Assembly (NCBI GenBank): GCA_016196885.1
Contig: JACPWU010000004.1
Coordinates: 6,235-38,234 of the forward strand
Source of the DNA: Chlamydiota bacterium
Lineage (GTDB): Bacteria; Auribacterota; JACPWU01
Direction of reading: 5' to 3'
DNA: 32,000 bases
Shown: positions 6,374 to 14,805 of the stretch, piece after piece
Layout of the letters: every line of letters starts with the position of its first letter
Position numbering within the stretch: the first letter of the stretch is position 1
The notes under the pieces: generated by a model
Told to the model about the DNA's origin: nothing
Seen by the model: only the letters and a program-made list of their open reading frames with translations
Databases searched by the model: none
Translations under genes and position numbers: made by a program

Positions 6374-8181
6374 CTGAGATAACCACACAGCCCTAGACAA
6401 CGCATGTAATTCAAGCGATATTCTACAGCAATATCGTGGTTCTGTTTTTCAATAAAGGGTAAGGCCTTCCACCGACTCAGGATTTTAGAATAATCATAAA
6501 AATCCCAAACCACGGGTAAATCCTTCCATTGTTCAAGTTGCATCAGACGTTTTGAATGATGGGTGTTGTATTGTAAATACCAGTCTGCTGATTGCTCGCC
6601 CCGATAGGGATTGTGGCGGATGGCTTGAGGCACAATATCATCCAATCCTTCACGAACGAGTAATCGGCGCTCTAATTTGCCATAGCCTTTCCAATAAACC
6701 CATTTGGGAATGTTATAACAGAATTTTACAATTTCTAAATCACGCGTTGGGTCTAGCTCATGAATGCCATACCACAATGCCATCGGGGTCATGTAGCTTA
6801 ACCGTGGCGTGCTTCCACGTCCTAAAAGCATCCATACATGTTCATTGAATCCAGCAGCGATTTCTTGACGCATGATCTGACGCGCCATCTTTGATTTTTT
6901 AAAAACAGGATGACATTGTTTTAAATAATCACCATATGCCGTGTAGGGCCTCAGCCAATTCTTCAAGGTCGAAAGGTTAGAACGAATGTTTCGCAAACCC
7001 TCGAAACCTCCCTTCCAAGATAGACTTGCATTTCCACCTCCCGCAGATAATAAGATGCGCCCTTCGTGGGTGAGGGTCTCATCGTATGAAGCCAGAATCC
7101 AATCAAAATGGGTCACGTTACGAACGGGCTGGTCAATGTAAGGATAGAATGTTTTTAAGAGTTCAAAAATATCTGTTTCCGGAGATGCTTGATAAGCCTT
7201 GTGTTGAATATTAGGATAAGCCTTAAGTACTTCCTTAACCAAATGCATTTCGTGATAATACCAGCCGGGATGGAAACTCGGGCCCTCCAGTCCGAGTGGA
7301 ATTTCTGTAAAACCATGAAGGACTTGATTGCGTTGGGCAAGAATTTTAGCGGCCATCGATGCTACTGAACTGGAGTCGAGGCCTCCACTGATATGGGCAT
7401 GAACAGGAAATGAAGTTCTTAAACAGTTGCTCACGGCCTCTTCAAACAATGAGGAAAAATCCCTGTAATAATCTTCTCTTCTCTGATGGCGAATTCTGGA
7501 TCGATTGCGGGTCAATTCCCAGTAGGAGCCTAAATGTATTTGATGGTTCTTTAAGTAGAGGTCACTTGCAGGAGGAAGTTTCTCGACCTCTCGATAGCTG
7601 GTTTGAGTCAGAGGAGCCGAATCCAAAGCGAAATGTGCGAATAGATTTTCATTGATGGAGCAAGAATCACATAAGATTCGAAAGGGACTGAAGTAATTGG
7701 CAAAGATCAAATAATGGTTTTTCTGATAAGCATAGAAACAAGGTTGATTCCCCAGCGGATCGGTCGCGATCCATAAAGATTGATGAGAGGGATCCCATAT
7801 GGAAAATGAAAAATGACCTTGTAAATGATGAACGCAATCTTTATCCCATTTCTCGTAGGCAGCTAGAACGAAGGCGCAGTCAGACATGGTTTTTGATTCC
7901 GCTAAGGAAAGGCCCAGGGCTTCAAGAAGGGTATTGCGATTTGTTAAGTAGATATGGCCAACGATGAGGCAACTTGATTGACGAGACCTGTAAGGCATTA
8001 ACCCTTGTGAGCATTCAGGGGTGACAAAACGTTGCGTACAAACCAGGCCCACATTTTTTTCTATGAAAACGGCTTTGTGATCTGGCTTCCATTTTGGGCT
8101 TCTAAAGGCAGTTTGAATCAGCTTGTCACGATCGATAGGCTTTTCATCTAATCGAATCATTCCACAAAATGCATTTATCAT
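6355..8181 (-). CDS. Lasso peptide isopeptide-bond-forming cyclase (asparagine synthetase B-like, C protein)
   Basis: The 608-aa protein has an AsnB-like N-terminus (AFCGMIRLD) and the PP-loop ATP-pyrophosphatase motif HAHISGGLDSSSVASMA. It is clustered with B1, B2 and the precursor. Confidence 0.8.
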   Translation of the reverse strand: MINAFCGMIRLDEKPIDRDKLIQTAFRSPKWKPDHKAVFIEKNVGLVCTQRFVTPECSQGLMPYRSRQSSCLIVGHIYLTNRNTLLEALGLSLAESKTMSDCAFVLAAYEKWDKDCVHHLQGHFSFSIWDPSHQSLWIATDPLGNQPCFYAYQKNHYLIFANYFSPFRILCDSCSINENLFAHFALDSAPLTQTSYREVEKLPPASDLYLKNHQIHLGSYWELTRNRSRIRHQRREDYYRDFSSLFEEAVSNCLRTSFPVHAHISGGLDSSSVASMAAKILAQRNQVLHGFTEIPLGLEGPSFHPGWYYHEMHLVKEVLKAYPNIQHKAYQASPETDIFELLKTFYPYIDQPVRNVTHFDWILASYDETLTHEGRILLSAGGGNASLSWKGGFEGLRNIRSNLSTLKNWLRPYTAYGDYLKQCHPVFKKSKMARQIMRQEIAAGFNEHVWMLLGRGSTPRLSYMTPMALWYGIHELDPTRDLEIVKFCYNIPKWVYWKGYGKLERRLLVREGLDDIVPQAIRHNPYRGEQSADWYLQYNTHHSKRLMQLEQWKDLPVVWDFYDYSKILSRWKALPFIEKQNHDIAVEYRLNYMRCLGLCGYLSYIISG

Positions 8182-8250
8182 AAGAGATGCCGATGGAGAA
8201 AAAATGAAAGAAATTTACAGGATCGAAGTATAACATCACAGCCGTTCTCC

Positions 8251-8435
8251 TAGAGCGCATTTCTCATCACATTTCTGCTGCTCTTCTCCGATTCCGCCTC
8301 GTCTCTCCGTGCAGACTCGGTCGGCCACGCTCAACATACTGTAAAGTATGCCTCGCATGGCACGGAGCGTCTTCCTCGCATCCAAAGCGGACTCAGGCGT
8401 TCCTCGCGACGAAATCTGATGAGAAATGCGAGCTA
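8251..8435. mobile_element. MITE-like palindromic element, copy B (185 bp), intergenic
   Basis: It aligns end to end, in the same orientation, with 638-822, with about 17 differences including two compensating 1-nt indels. Its termini are tagagcgcatttctcatca and tgatgagaaatgcgagcta. It lies 70 nt upstream of the cyclase start. Confidence 0.6.
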
Positions 8436-8460
8436 GAGGGGGTAGAAGTTCCGGGTCTGT

Positions 8461-8520
8461 ACCTCCCCCAACCCCTCCTCAACGAATAGCCCCTTTGGGG
8501 TACAAAGGAGGGGAGACTGG
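8461..8520. repeat. C-tract/G-tract palindromic repeat (possible bidirectional stem-loop)
   Basis: In acctcccccaacccctcctc...ccccTTTgggg...aggagggg, cccctcct (8472-8479) pairs with aggagggg (8506-8513), with a nested cccc/gggg hairpin. It is related to the elements at 12797-13170 and 20470-20567. Confidence 0.5.
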
Positions 8521-8570
8521 ACTTTCATCACTCACGATGATTCTCAAAAATCATGTTTGATTAATTGAAG

Positions 8571-8972
8571 TTAAAGCTTTGTTCCAGAAAAAGACTTGGT
8601 GACCGTAACCCCATCCAAAGTGGTTTTCTGGGTTCCGGCAAAGGTCTGCCCACTCGCATCAAAGGTGAAACTCATGGAAAGGCTGAATGTTTCTCCCTCT
8701 ACCGTGACGGTTTGAGCCGGGACTGTCACAGTGCTTCCTGAAACGGTTCCCGTCGTTGTAAGGGCAAGAGTTTTATCGGTGATCACCATTTGACTTCCGC
8801 TCTGACTTAAGCTCCAGAGATGGGTTTCTGAAACGCCTGCCTCTGTAAAAGTCACGTTATAATTGCCTGAAAAGTCTGCTGCGGGGCCTTCTGTATCATT
8901 GTCGCAACCCGTGATAAGGAGAGCAAAAAGGGTCATGGCTGCCCCTATTTTTGTGATTCGCATGTTGCTCAA
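8571..8972 (-). CDS. Small secreted lipoprotein of unknown function
   Basis: It has a signal peptide with lipobox LITGC (MSNMRITKIGAAMTLFALLITGCDN). The mature part is Thr/Ser/Gly-rich and looks beta-rich. Confidence 0.6.
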   Translation of the reverse strand: MSNMRITKIGAAMTLFALLITGCDNDTEGPAADFSGNYNVTFTEAGVSETHLWSLSQSGSQMVITDKTLALTTTGTVSGSTVTVPAQTVTVEGETFSLSMSFTFDASGQTFAGTQKTTLDGVTVTKSFSGTKL

Positions 8973-9010
8973 ATCCTTTCCCTCTTTCCCTTTTAATTTG
9001 GGAGAGCTAC

Positions 9011-9038
9011 TCTATAATGAACAAGGAAAGAGGGTCAA
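9011..9038 (-). promoter_or_regulatory. Candidate promoter for the lipoprotein gene
   Basis: The reverse strand reads TTGACC (9038-9033), a 16-nt spacer, then TATAGA (9016-9011). This is about 40 nt upstream of the ATG at 8972. Confidence 0.35.
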
Positions 9039-9209
9039 GTTCATTGTGTTTCTTTGTCCGCGATCAATTTGCGAATGATTTCTGATGCCTTTAAATGTCC
9101 TTTCTGGTTCCAGTGCCCGTCATTTTTGAAATGATACTGCAATTGTAAAGGTCAGAGTAGGCGGCGAGCCCTTTTCTGGCGGGCTAAAAGTTTACGAATA
9201 TGAATCCCT

Positions 9210-11027
9210 TCAAATGCGAGGCGTTCCTTCTAATGCTTCTTTACGCGATTGCAGTTGATAAAGCTTAGCATAAATTCCTTTTTTGGAAAGCAGTGTGGAG
9301 TGTGTTCCCATTTCGACAAGTTCTCCATGATGAAGAACCAGGATGCGACTCACGCTTTTTAAGGTAGCCAGGCGATGAGCGATAATGAACACCGTGCGGT
9401 TTTGAAAAGCCTCTTTCGAAATCCGTTCAATCCATTTTTCTGTCAAGGAATCCATGTGAGCGGTGGCTTCATCCAAAATGAGAATGGAGGGATTTTGAAC
9501 GAGCGTTCGAATGAAGGCAATCATTTGACGCTCACCACTGGACAGATTCGCCCCCTTTTCAAAGATTTCCTTTTTCAAGAAAAGGGGGCCTGACTCAAAG
9601 GGAGCCCTTGCAAAATCGGGCAGGGCCTGAAAGATTTCTCGTCCTTTTTCATCCCAAAGAAAAATATTTTCTTCCACAGTACCTGAGAAAAGAAAAGGTT
9701 CTTGCTGAATGTAACCAATCTTTTGTCGGAGCATGCGTTTATCGGAAGTTTCAGAAATGTTTTTTCCATCGATGAGAATTTCTCCTTGCTCCAGGTCATA
9801 AAATTGCATGAGAAGATGAACAAGGGTCGTTTTCCCTGCACCTGTGTACCCAACGATTCCGATTTTCTCTCCCGCCTCGATGCAAAAATTCAGATTCACC
9901 AAGACCCAAAGAGACTCTTTTTCTTGTGAATAACGAAAAGAGACATTTTGAAATTCAATGGATCCTTGTAGGGAAAGTTTTTCTATTTGAGTTTCTTGCG
10001 GACGAATTTGTTTTTCGAGCGGCCGATCCAGAAATTCAAAGATACGTTCGCAGGAGGTCATGGCCGTGAGAAAGAGATTGTATTTTTCCGTGATGTCTCG
10101 AATCGGTGAATAAAGAGAATGGAGGTAAGCCATGAATGAGACCAGCATTCCGAGTGAAATGGAATTTTTTAAAGAGAGGAAACCTCCGTACCAAATTAAA
10201 AGCAACATGGAAAGACTGCTTAAGAAAGTAATGGTGGGCTGAAAATAGGCGAAGGATTCAAGGGTCTTGATTTGGGTTCGTGTGTAATCTTTAGAAGTGC
10301 GGTCGAAAAGATCATGAAATGTTTTTTGACGGTTGAAAATTTGAATGAGACTCATGCCTGAAATATTTTCGGCGAGCGTTGCATTCAGTTGAGAAAGGGC
10401 CTGTCGGGAATCTCGAGCCGTTTCTCGAATCCTTCGGCCAAAAAATCTTGAGAAAAAGGCCATGATGGGAAAAACACTTACGCAAATGAGGCCCAGGGAG
10501 GGATGAAGAACCATGAGCCAAACGATGATTCCCGCAACCACACAAATATTTCCAAGCGTGACCGCCAGGCCGCTCGTGAAGAGGTCTTGGAGGCTTGAAG
10601 TGTCATTCACCAAGCGGGTGACCAGTCTCCCAATGGGATTTTGGTTAAATTCATGAAGCGGATAGAATTGATATTGTTTCAAGAGATCCTGTCTTAGGTC
10701 ATGAATCACCTCTTGACCCAATTTCGTGAAGCTCAAGTTTTGAAAATAGGTGGCGAGGGCATTGAGGGCATCAAGGGTCAAAAGGATGAATCCAAAAGGT
10801 AAGAGGAGCGCCGCTTTTTTGGGAAGGAGGGCAAGGTCCACAGCTTTTCCCAAAAGCCAGGGAATGGAAAGAGAGGCCCCCGTGGTAAAAAAAACCAATG
10901 AGAGGCTGACGATAAAAAGTTTTCGATATTTTGTGATATAAGGCCAAAGCCTTTTTGTGAAAAGTTCGAAGACTTTAAGACGGAGCCTATTTTCTGGACC
11001 AGAGTCGTCAGGATCTTGCCAGTTCAT
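9210..11027 (-). CDS. ABC exporter, fused permease/ATPase half-transporter (consensus catalytic site)
   Basis: It has a six-helix TMD followed by an NBD. Motifs are Walker A GYTGAGKTT, signature LSSGERQ, Walker B ILILDEAT and H-loop AHRL. It overlaps the upstream partner by 20 nt. Confidence 0.85.
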   Translation of the reverse strand: MNWQDPDDSGPENRLRLKVFELFTKRLWPYITKYRKLFIVSLSLVFFTTGASLSIPWLLGKAVDLALLPKKAALLLPFGFILLTLDALNALATYFQNLSFTKLGQEVIHDLRQDLLKQYQFYPLHEFNQNPIGRLVTRLVNDTSSLQDLFTSGLAVTLGNICVVAGIIVWLMVLHPSLGLICVSVFPIMAFFSRFFGRRIRETARDSRQALSQLNATLAENISGMSLIQIFNRQKTFHDLFDRTSKDYTRTQIKTLESFAYFQPTITFLSSLSMLLLIWYGGFLSLKNSISLGMLVSFMAYLHSLYSPIRDITEKYNLFLTAMTSCERIFEFLDRPLEKQIRPQETQIEKLSLQGSIEFQNVSFRYSQEKESLWVLVNLNFCIEAGEKIGIVGYTGAGKTTLVHLLMQFYDLEQGEILIDGKNISETSDKRMLRQKIGYIQQEPFLFSGTVEENIFLWDEKGREIFQALPDFARAPFESGPLFLKKEIFEKGANLSSGERQMIAFIRTLVQNPSILILDEATAHMDSLTEKWIERISKEAFQNRTVFIIAHRLATLKSVSRILVLHHGELVEMGTHSTLLSKKGIYAKLYQLQSRKEALEGTPRI

Positions 11028-12792
11028 CTTCTATCCTTTGCAGTTCAAGAAGTTCTCGATAAAGTCCGGGCGTCTTCGCCAAATTTAGAGGCATGCCTGT
11101 TTGAATCAGCACCCCTTCTTTAAACACCAAAATTTGGTCGAAGTCCCAGAGTTTTGAAAGGCGATGGGTGATAAGAATTAAGGTTTGGTTTCGAGATAAT
11201 TTTTCATGAGAGAGGTGGTGTAAGATTTCTGATTCTGTATGAGAGTCTACACTGGAGAGCGCGTCATCTAAAATCAAAAGAGGGGCATCTACGGCCAGGG
11301 CCCGGGCCAAGGTCACCCGGGCTCTTTCACCTCCCGAAAGCGTAAGCCCTCGTTCACCCATTTTGAGGTCCAAATTCCATCGTCCCGCTTCTTTGTCCAA
11401 CCCGGAACGTTTCAAAAGTTCAAAAAGCCAAACATCCCCTTTCATTTCAGGAAAGGGCCCCCCCATTAAAATATTCCATCTCAAGGTTTCTCTGAATAGA
11501 AAAACATCTTGGGGGACAAAAGCAATTTTCTTTCTTCGTTCTTCCAGAGGAAGTTTCGAAAAATCGCTGCCTTCCCAGAAAATCATGTGGGGAGGTGTTT
11601 CATGAAGGCCCGCCAAAAGGCGAATCAACGTACTTTTGCCGGACCCGATGGTTCCAACGATGGCGGTGCGACTTCCTTTCTGAATTTGAAAGTTGATGTT
11701 TTGAAGTACAGGGCGGGATGAACCAAGATAGGTGAAAGTCAAATGACGTACTTCTAAAAAGGGAGCATTTATCTGAGAAGGGATTGAGAATGCGTTACCC
11801 TCAGAAGTCTTATTTTCTTCTTTCTCTTGCAACACTTGGCAAATTCTCTCCAAAGAAGTTTTTCCGCGTTGATAATAGGTGACACTGAGTCCAAAGGCAG
11901 TCATGGGCCAGACGAGTTGATCGAGATAACGGGTGAAGGCCGCAAAAGTTCCGAGGCTGATGGAGCCCATGATCACGTCTTTACCGGCAAAAATCAAAAG
12001 AGAGACCAGGCCCAGTGAAACGGCCAATGTGAAAAGAGGGTCGAAAGCGGCCTGGGCGCGGGCGAGCTTTAAATTGAGACGGACGAATTCTTTTCCGATT
12101 TTTGAGAAGCGATTCAATTGTGTCCATTCTCGTGTGAAGGCCTTGATGATGCGAATCCCTTCTAAATTTTCTTGAGAGAAGGCACAGAGTTTCGAAAATT
12201 GATTTTGAACTTTTTCAAAACGTTCGTGAATCAACTTTTCGATCCGGGTGATGATGAAAGGAACCATGAGCATGGGGGCTAGGGAGAGGAAGGCCAATTT
12301 ATAGGATAAGATAAACAGGGTGGGTGGAATGCTCATGAGAAAGAAGGTGGCATCCGCCAAGACCAGCAATCCTGGGCCCAAGGCAAAGCGGACCGCTTCG
12401 GTGTCATTGGTGGCCAAAGACATCAAATCTCCGATCGTGTTCCGATTGTAAAAAGAGGGGGGTAGCTTTTGAAGTTTAGAAAAATAATCGTCCCGGATTT
12501 TTTCCGCTACTTTAAAAGAGCCTCTCATCAGAAACATACGCCAAAAATATCGGCAAATGCTTTGGCCGATAGCGATGGTGATATAGGCCACCCCGAGCCA
12601 AAGGAAGGGAGAGAAATGTTTCTCTCCTTTTAAGGCAAGTGAGGCCCGATCAATAAATTCTTTTAATACAAGAGGAGGGAGGATTTGTAGAAAATCCACA
12701 ATAAAGAGGGTGAGAATGCCAAAGGCAAATTCTCGCTTATAGGGTTTAGCATAGTGATAAAGAGTTTTAAGTGTTTGTGAAAAAGTTATCAT
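11008..12792 (-). CDS. ABC exporter, fused permease/ATPase half-transporter (degenerate Walker B)
   Basis: Motifs are Walker A GTIGSGKST, signature LSGGERA, Walker B LLILDDAL (catalytic Glu replaced by Asp) and H-loop THRL. I moved the start to the ATG at 12792 (MITFSQ, SD gggggag 9 nt upstream), because the 51 upstream codons in the track are translated repeat DNA. Confidence 0.8.
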   Translation of the reverse strand: MITFSQTLKTLYHYAKPYKREFAFGILTLFIVDFLQILPPLVLKEFIDRASLALKGEKHFSPFLWLGVAYITIAIGQSICRYFWRMFLMRGSFKVAEKIRDDYFSKLQKLPPSFYNRNTIGDLMSLATNDTEAVRFALGPGLLVLADATFFLMSIPPTLFILSYKLAFLSLAPMLMVPFIITRIEKLIHERFEKVQNQFSKLCAFSQENLEGIRIIKAFTREWTQLNRFSKIGKEFVRLNLKLARAQAAFDPLFTLAVSLGLVSLLIFAGKDVIMGSISLGTFAAFTRYLDQLVWPMTAFGLSVTYYQRGKTSLERICQVLQEKEENKTSEGNAFSIPSQINAPFLEVRHLTFTYLGSSRPVLQNINFQIQKGSRTAIVGTIGSGKSTLIRLLAGLHETPPHMIFWEGSDFSKLPLEERRKKIAFVPQDVFLFRETLRWNILMGGPFPEMKGDVWLFELLKRSGLDKEAGRWNLDLKMGERGLTLSGGERARVTLARALAVDAPLLILDDALSSVDSHTESEILHHLSHEKLSRNQTLILITHRLSKLWDFDQILVFKEGVLIQTGMPLNLAKTPGLYRELLELQRIEDELARS

Positions 12793-12796
12793 GATT

Positions 12797-13170
12797 TCTA
12801 ACTCCCCCAACCAGACTGTCCGAAAATTTCCCTCCCCCTTGCGACCGAGCCGGGTGCCGCAAAGCGGCCGGCGAGGAAGTGGTCGGAGCCCGTCAGGGCG
12901 CAAACCATGGGGAGGGTTAGGGAGGGGGTGGATTTCTAAAATCAAATATCAAAAATCAAAAATCAAAATGACAATGTAAAATTTAAAATGTTTCTGGATT
13001 CTAAGCATATATAAAATTTTGCATTTTGGTATTTACATTTTGATTTTTGATATATTTTCCACCCTCCCCTAACCCCTCCCATCTAGGGAGGGGAAAAACA
13101 GCATTTTCGGCCCAGCCTGCGGTACCTCCCCTCTTATTTTTTAAGAGGGGACAGAGGGGAGTTAATTCTC
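12797..13170. repeat. Giant imperfect palindrome that occupies most of the 12793-13315 intergenic region (12797-13170)
   Basis: Outer arms: taactccccc (12799) pairs with ggggagttaa (13157). G-rich tggggagggttagggagggggtgg (12908-12931) pairs with ccaccctcccctaacccctccc (13059-13080). AT-rich tandem ATCAAAA arms at 12938-12985 pair with 13024-13056. The centre is near 13000. Local hairpins are cccctccc/gggagggg (13073-13093) and cccctctta/taagagggg (13128-13150). Confidence 0.7.
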
Positions 13171-13239
13171 CTTAAAGTATTCAAACATAGAACCCGAAAG
13201 AGAGACCCAATGTCAAGCAGGGAATCATTACATTTTATA

Positions 13240-13268
13240 TTGAAACTCTGGATGGGATTCGATATGAT
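13240..13268 (+). promoter_or_regulatory. Candidate sigma70-type promoter of the cytochrome oxidase operon
   Basis: TTGAAA (13240-13245), a 17-nt spacer, then TATGAT (13263-13268). SD aggagg (13303-13308) lies 7 nt before the GTG at 13316. Confidence 0.4.
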
Positions 13269-13315
13269 TCGGGCTCTTTTTAGAAATTAAACCCTTTAAA
13301 AGCAGGAGGCGGGCA

Positions 13316-14023
13316 GTGAAAAACGCAAGATCATTTTTGTTGGGTTTGGGGCTTATGATGATGGTAGGGCAGTCCTTGGCCTTGGGAGCAACTTTAACAG
13401 GAAAGGTCCATTTAGAGGGAACCCCTCCTCCCCAGGAAAAAATTAAGATGGATGCAGACCCGGTGTGTCAAATGCAGCATAGCTCGGATGTTTTTGCCGA
13501 GAGATGGGTGGTGAATGGGAATGGGACCCTTCGCAATGTTCTCATCTATATAAAGGAAGGATTGGGCGATAAAACTTTTCCTGCCCCCAGTGAGCCTGTG
13601 GTTCTGGATCAGAAGGGATGCCAGTATCATCCCCATGTCATGGGAATTCAGGTGGGTCAGACTTTGAAAATCGTCAACAGCGATGACACATTGCACAATG
13701 TTCATGGGAAAACCAAAGAAATGTCGCTCTTTAACTTGGCCATGCCCTTTAAAGGGTTGGAACTGGAACAGAAATTTGAAAAGGCAGACATGATTAAATT
13801 TGTGTGTGAAGTTCATCCTTGGATGGCTGCCTATGCAGGGGTATTTAATCATCCTTTTTTTGCGGTCTCGGGGGAGGATGGCAGTTTCGAAATTAAGAAT
13901 TTGCCTGCAGGGACTTATGGGGTTGAGGCCTGGCATGAAAAGTTGGGCACTCAGACTCAGAATGTGACCGTGACAGAGACAGATTCTAAGGCTGTGGATT
14001 TTTCTTTCAAGGTGACTGAATAG
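13316..14023 (+). CDS. Secreted cupredoxin (type-1 copper) domain protein with a C-terminal carboxypeptidase-regulatory-like beta domain
   Basis: It has a signal peptide (MKNARSFLLGLGLMMMVGQSLALG). Cu ligands follow the plastocyanin/azurin pattern: HNVH...C-EV-H-PW-M (FVCEVHPWMAAY). This is followed by GEDGSFEIKNLPAGTYGVEAWH. It sits directly upstream of coxB. Confidence 0.6.
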   Translation: MKNARSFLLGLGLMMMVGQSLALGATLTGKVHLEGTPPPQEKIKMDADPVCQMQHSSDVFAERWVVNGNGTLRNVLIYIKEGLGDKTFPAPSEPVVLDQKGCQYHPHVMGIQVGQTLKIVNSDDTLHNVHGKTKEMSLFNLAMPFKGLELEQKFEKADMIKFVCEVHPWMAAYAGVFNHPFFAVSGEDGSFEIKNLPAGTYGVEAWHEKLGTQTQNVTVTETDSKAVDFSFKVTE

Positions 14024-14029
14024 TTTTTT

Positions 14030-14052
14030 CTGAACGCTAGACGCTGAACGCT
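14030..14052. repeat. Tandem 7-mer block (GAACGCT/AGACGCT x3) abutting the coxB start
   Basis: The sequence ctgaacgctagacgctgaacgct is the reverse complement of the AGCGT(A/T)C unit used at 22881-22912 and 24067-24099. Confidence 0.6.
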
Positions 14053-14721
14053 ATGTTGAATTGGTGGCTTCCAGAAGGTATTTCAACCTACAGTGGCAAG
14101 GTGGATGGTATTTTTTACATCATCTTGGCCATCACGGGTCTCATGTTCTTTTTGGTAGAAGGGGCCATTCTTTTCTTTTGCCTTCGCTATCGTCATACCC
14201 AGCACGCGAAAGCCACTTTTGTAGAGGGGAATACCAAGCTGGAAGTGATTTGGACATTGATTCCAGCTGCAATTCTCATTTTCCTGATGTTTAAAAGTCA
14301 AGGGGTGTGGAGCGAGATGAAATCTCACATGCCCGCGAATCCGGATCTTCACATCGAGGTGACGGCTCAACAATTTGCCTGGAATATTCATTATCCGGAC
14401 TCCGAAGTGACCACCTTGAATCAATTGCATATCCCTGTCGGGAAAAAAGTTTTAGTGCAAGTGACCTCAAAGGATGTCATTCACAGTTTTTTTATTCCTC
14501 AATTTCGCCTGAAGCAAGATGCGGTTCCGGGTTCTAAAATCAATGTCTGGTTCGAAGCCACTCAAGTGGGCCATTACGAGCTTGTGTGCGCGGAGTTTTG
14601 CGGTCTTGCGCATTATCGGATGAGGGGCTATTTGAAAATTGAAACACCTGAGGAATTTCAGGCTTGGCTCGACCAGTCTAAGAAAGAAGCCGAGAAGAAG
14701 GGGGACGAGGATGAGTGGTAA
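14053..14721 (+). CDS. ctaC: Cytochrome c oxidase subunit II (CuA, no fused cytochrome c domain)
   Basis: It has two N-terminal TM helices and the CuA site HSFFIP...CAEFCGLAHYRM. Confidence 0.9.
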   Translation: MLNWWLPEGISTYSGKVDGIFYIILAITGLMFFLVEGAILFFCLRYRHTQHAKATFVEGNTKLEVIWTLIPAAILIFLMFKSQGVWSEMKSHMPANPDLHIEVTAQQFAWNIHYPDSEVTTLNQLHIPVGKKVLVQVTSKDVIHSFFIPQFRLKQDAVPGSKINVWFEATQVGHYELVCAEFCGLAHYRMRGYLKIETPEEFQAWLDQSKKEAEKKGDEDEW

Positions 14722-14726
14722 GGACA

Positions 14727-14791
14727 GTCGTGAGTTGTGAGTCGTGAGGGGTGAGTTTCTTAAAAACAGTTATGAGTCGTCGGTCGTGAGT
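14727..14791. repeat. Two direct blocks of tandem TCGTGAG-like 7-mers between subunit II and subunit I genes
   Basis: The blocks are gtcgtgag-ttgtgag-tcgtgag-gggtgag-ttt (14727-14759) and gttatgag-tcgtcgg-tcgtgag-ttt (14769-14794). They are in direct, not inverted, orientation. Confidence 0.6.
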
Positions 14792-14805
14792 TTTAGAGGA
14801 ATAAA

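Noticed and set aside
12793-12945. 51-codon N-terminal extension of the ABC transporter ORF (MILEIHPLPNPPHGLRPDGLRPLPRRP...GEG)
   Set aside because: This is a translation of the G/C-tract palindromic repeat. A downstream ATG at 12792 has a proper SD and begins the conserved transporter N-terminus.
13412-13936. 174-aa minus-strand ORF
   Set aside because: It lies entirely antisense within the cupredoxin gene, which has a signal peptide and a Cu-ligand motif. This ORF has no motif support.
14030-14791. Tandem 7-mer arrays, considered as a CRISPR array or satellite
   Set aside because: The units are only 7-8 nt, with no spacers and no cas genes. The arrays are 3-4 units long and fit the locus-specific palindrome family instead.
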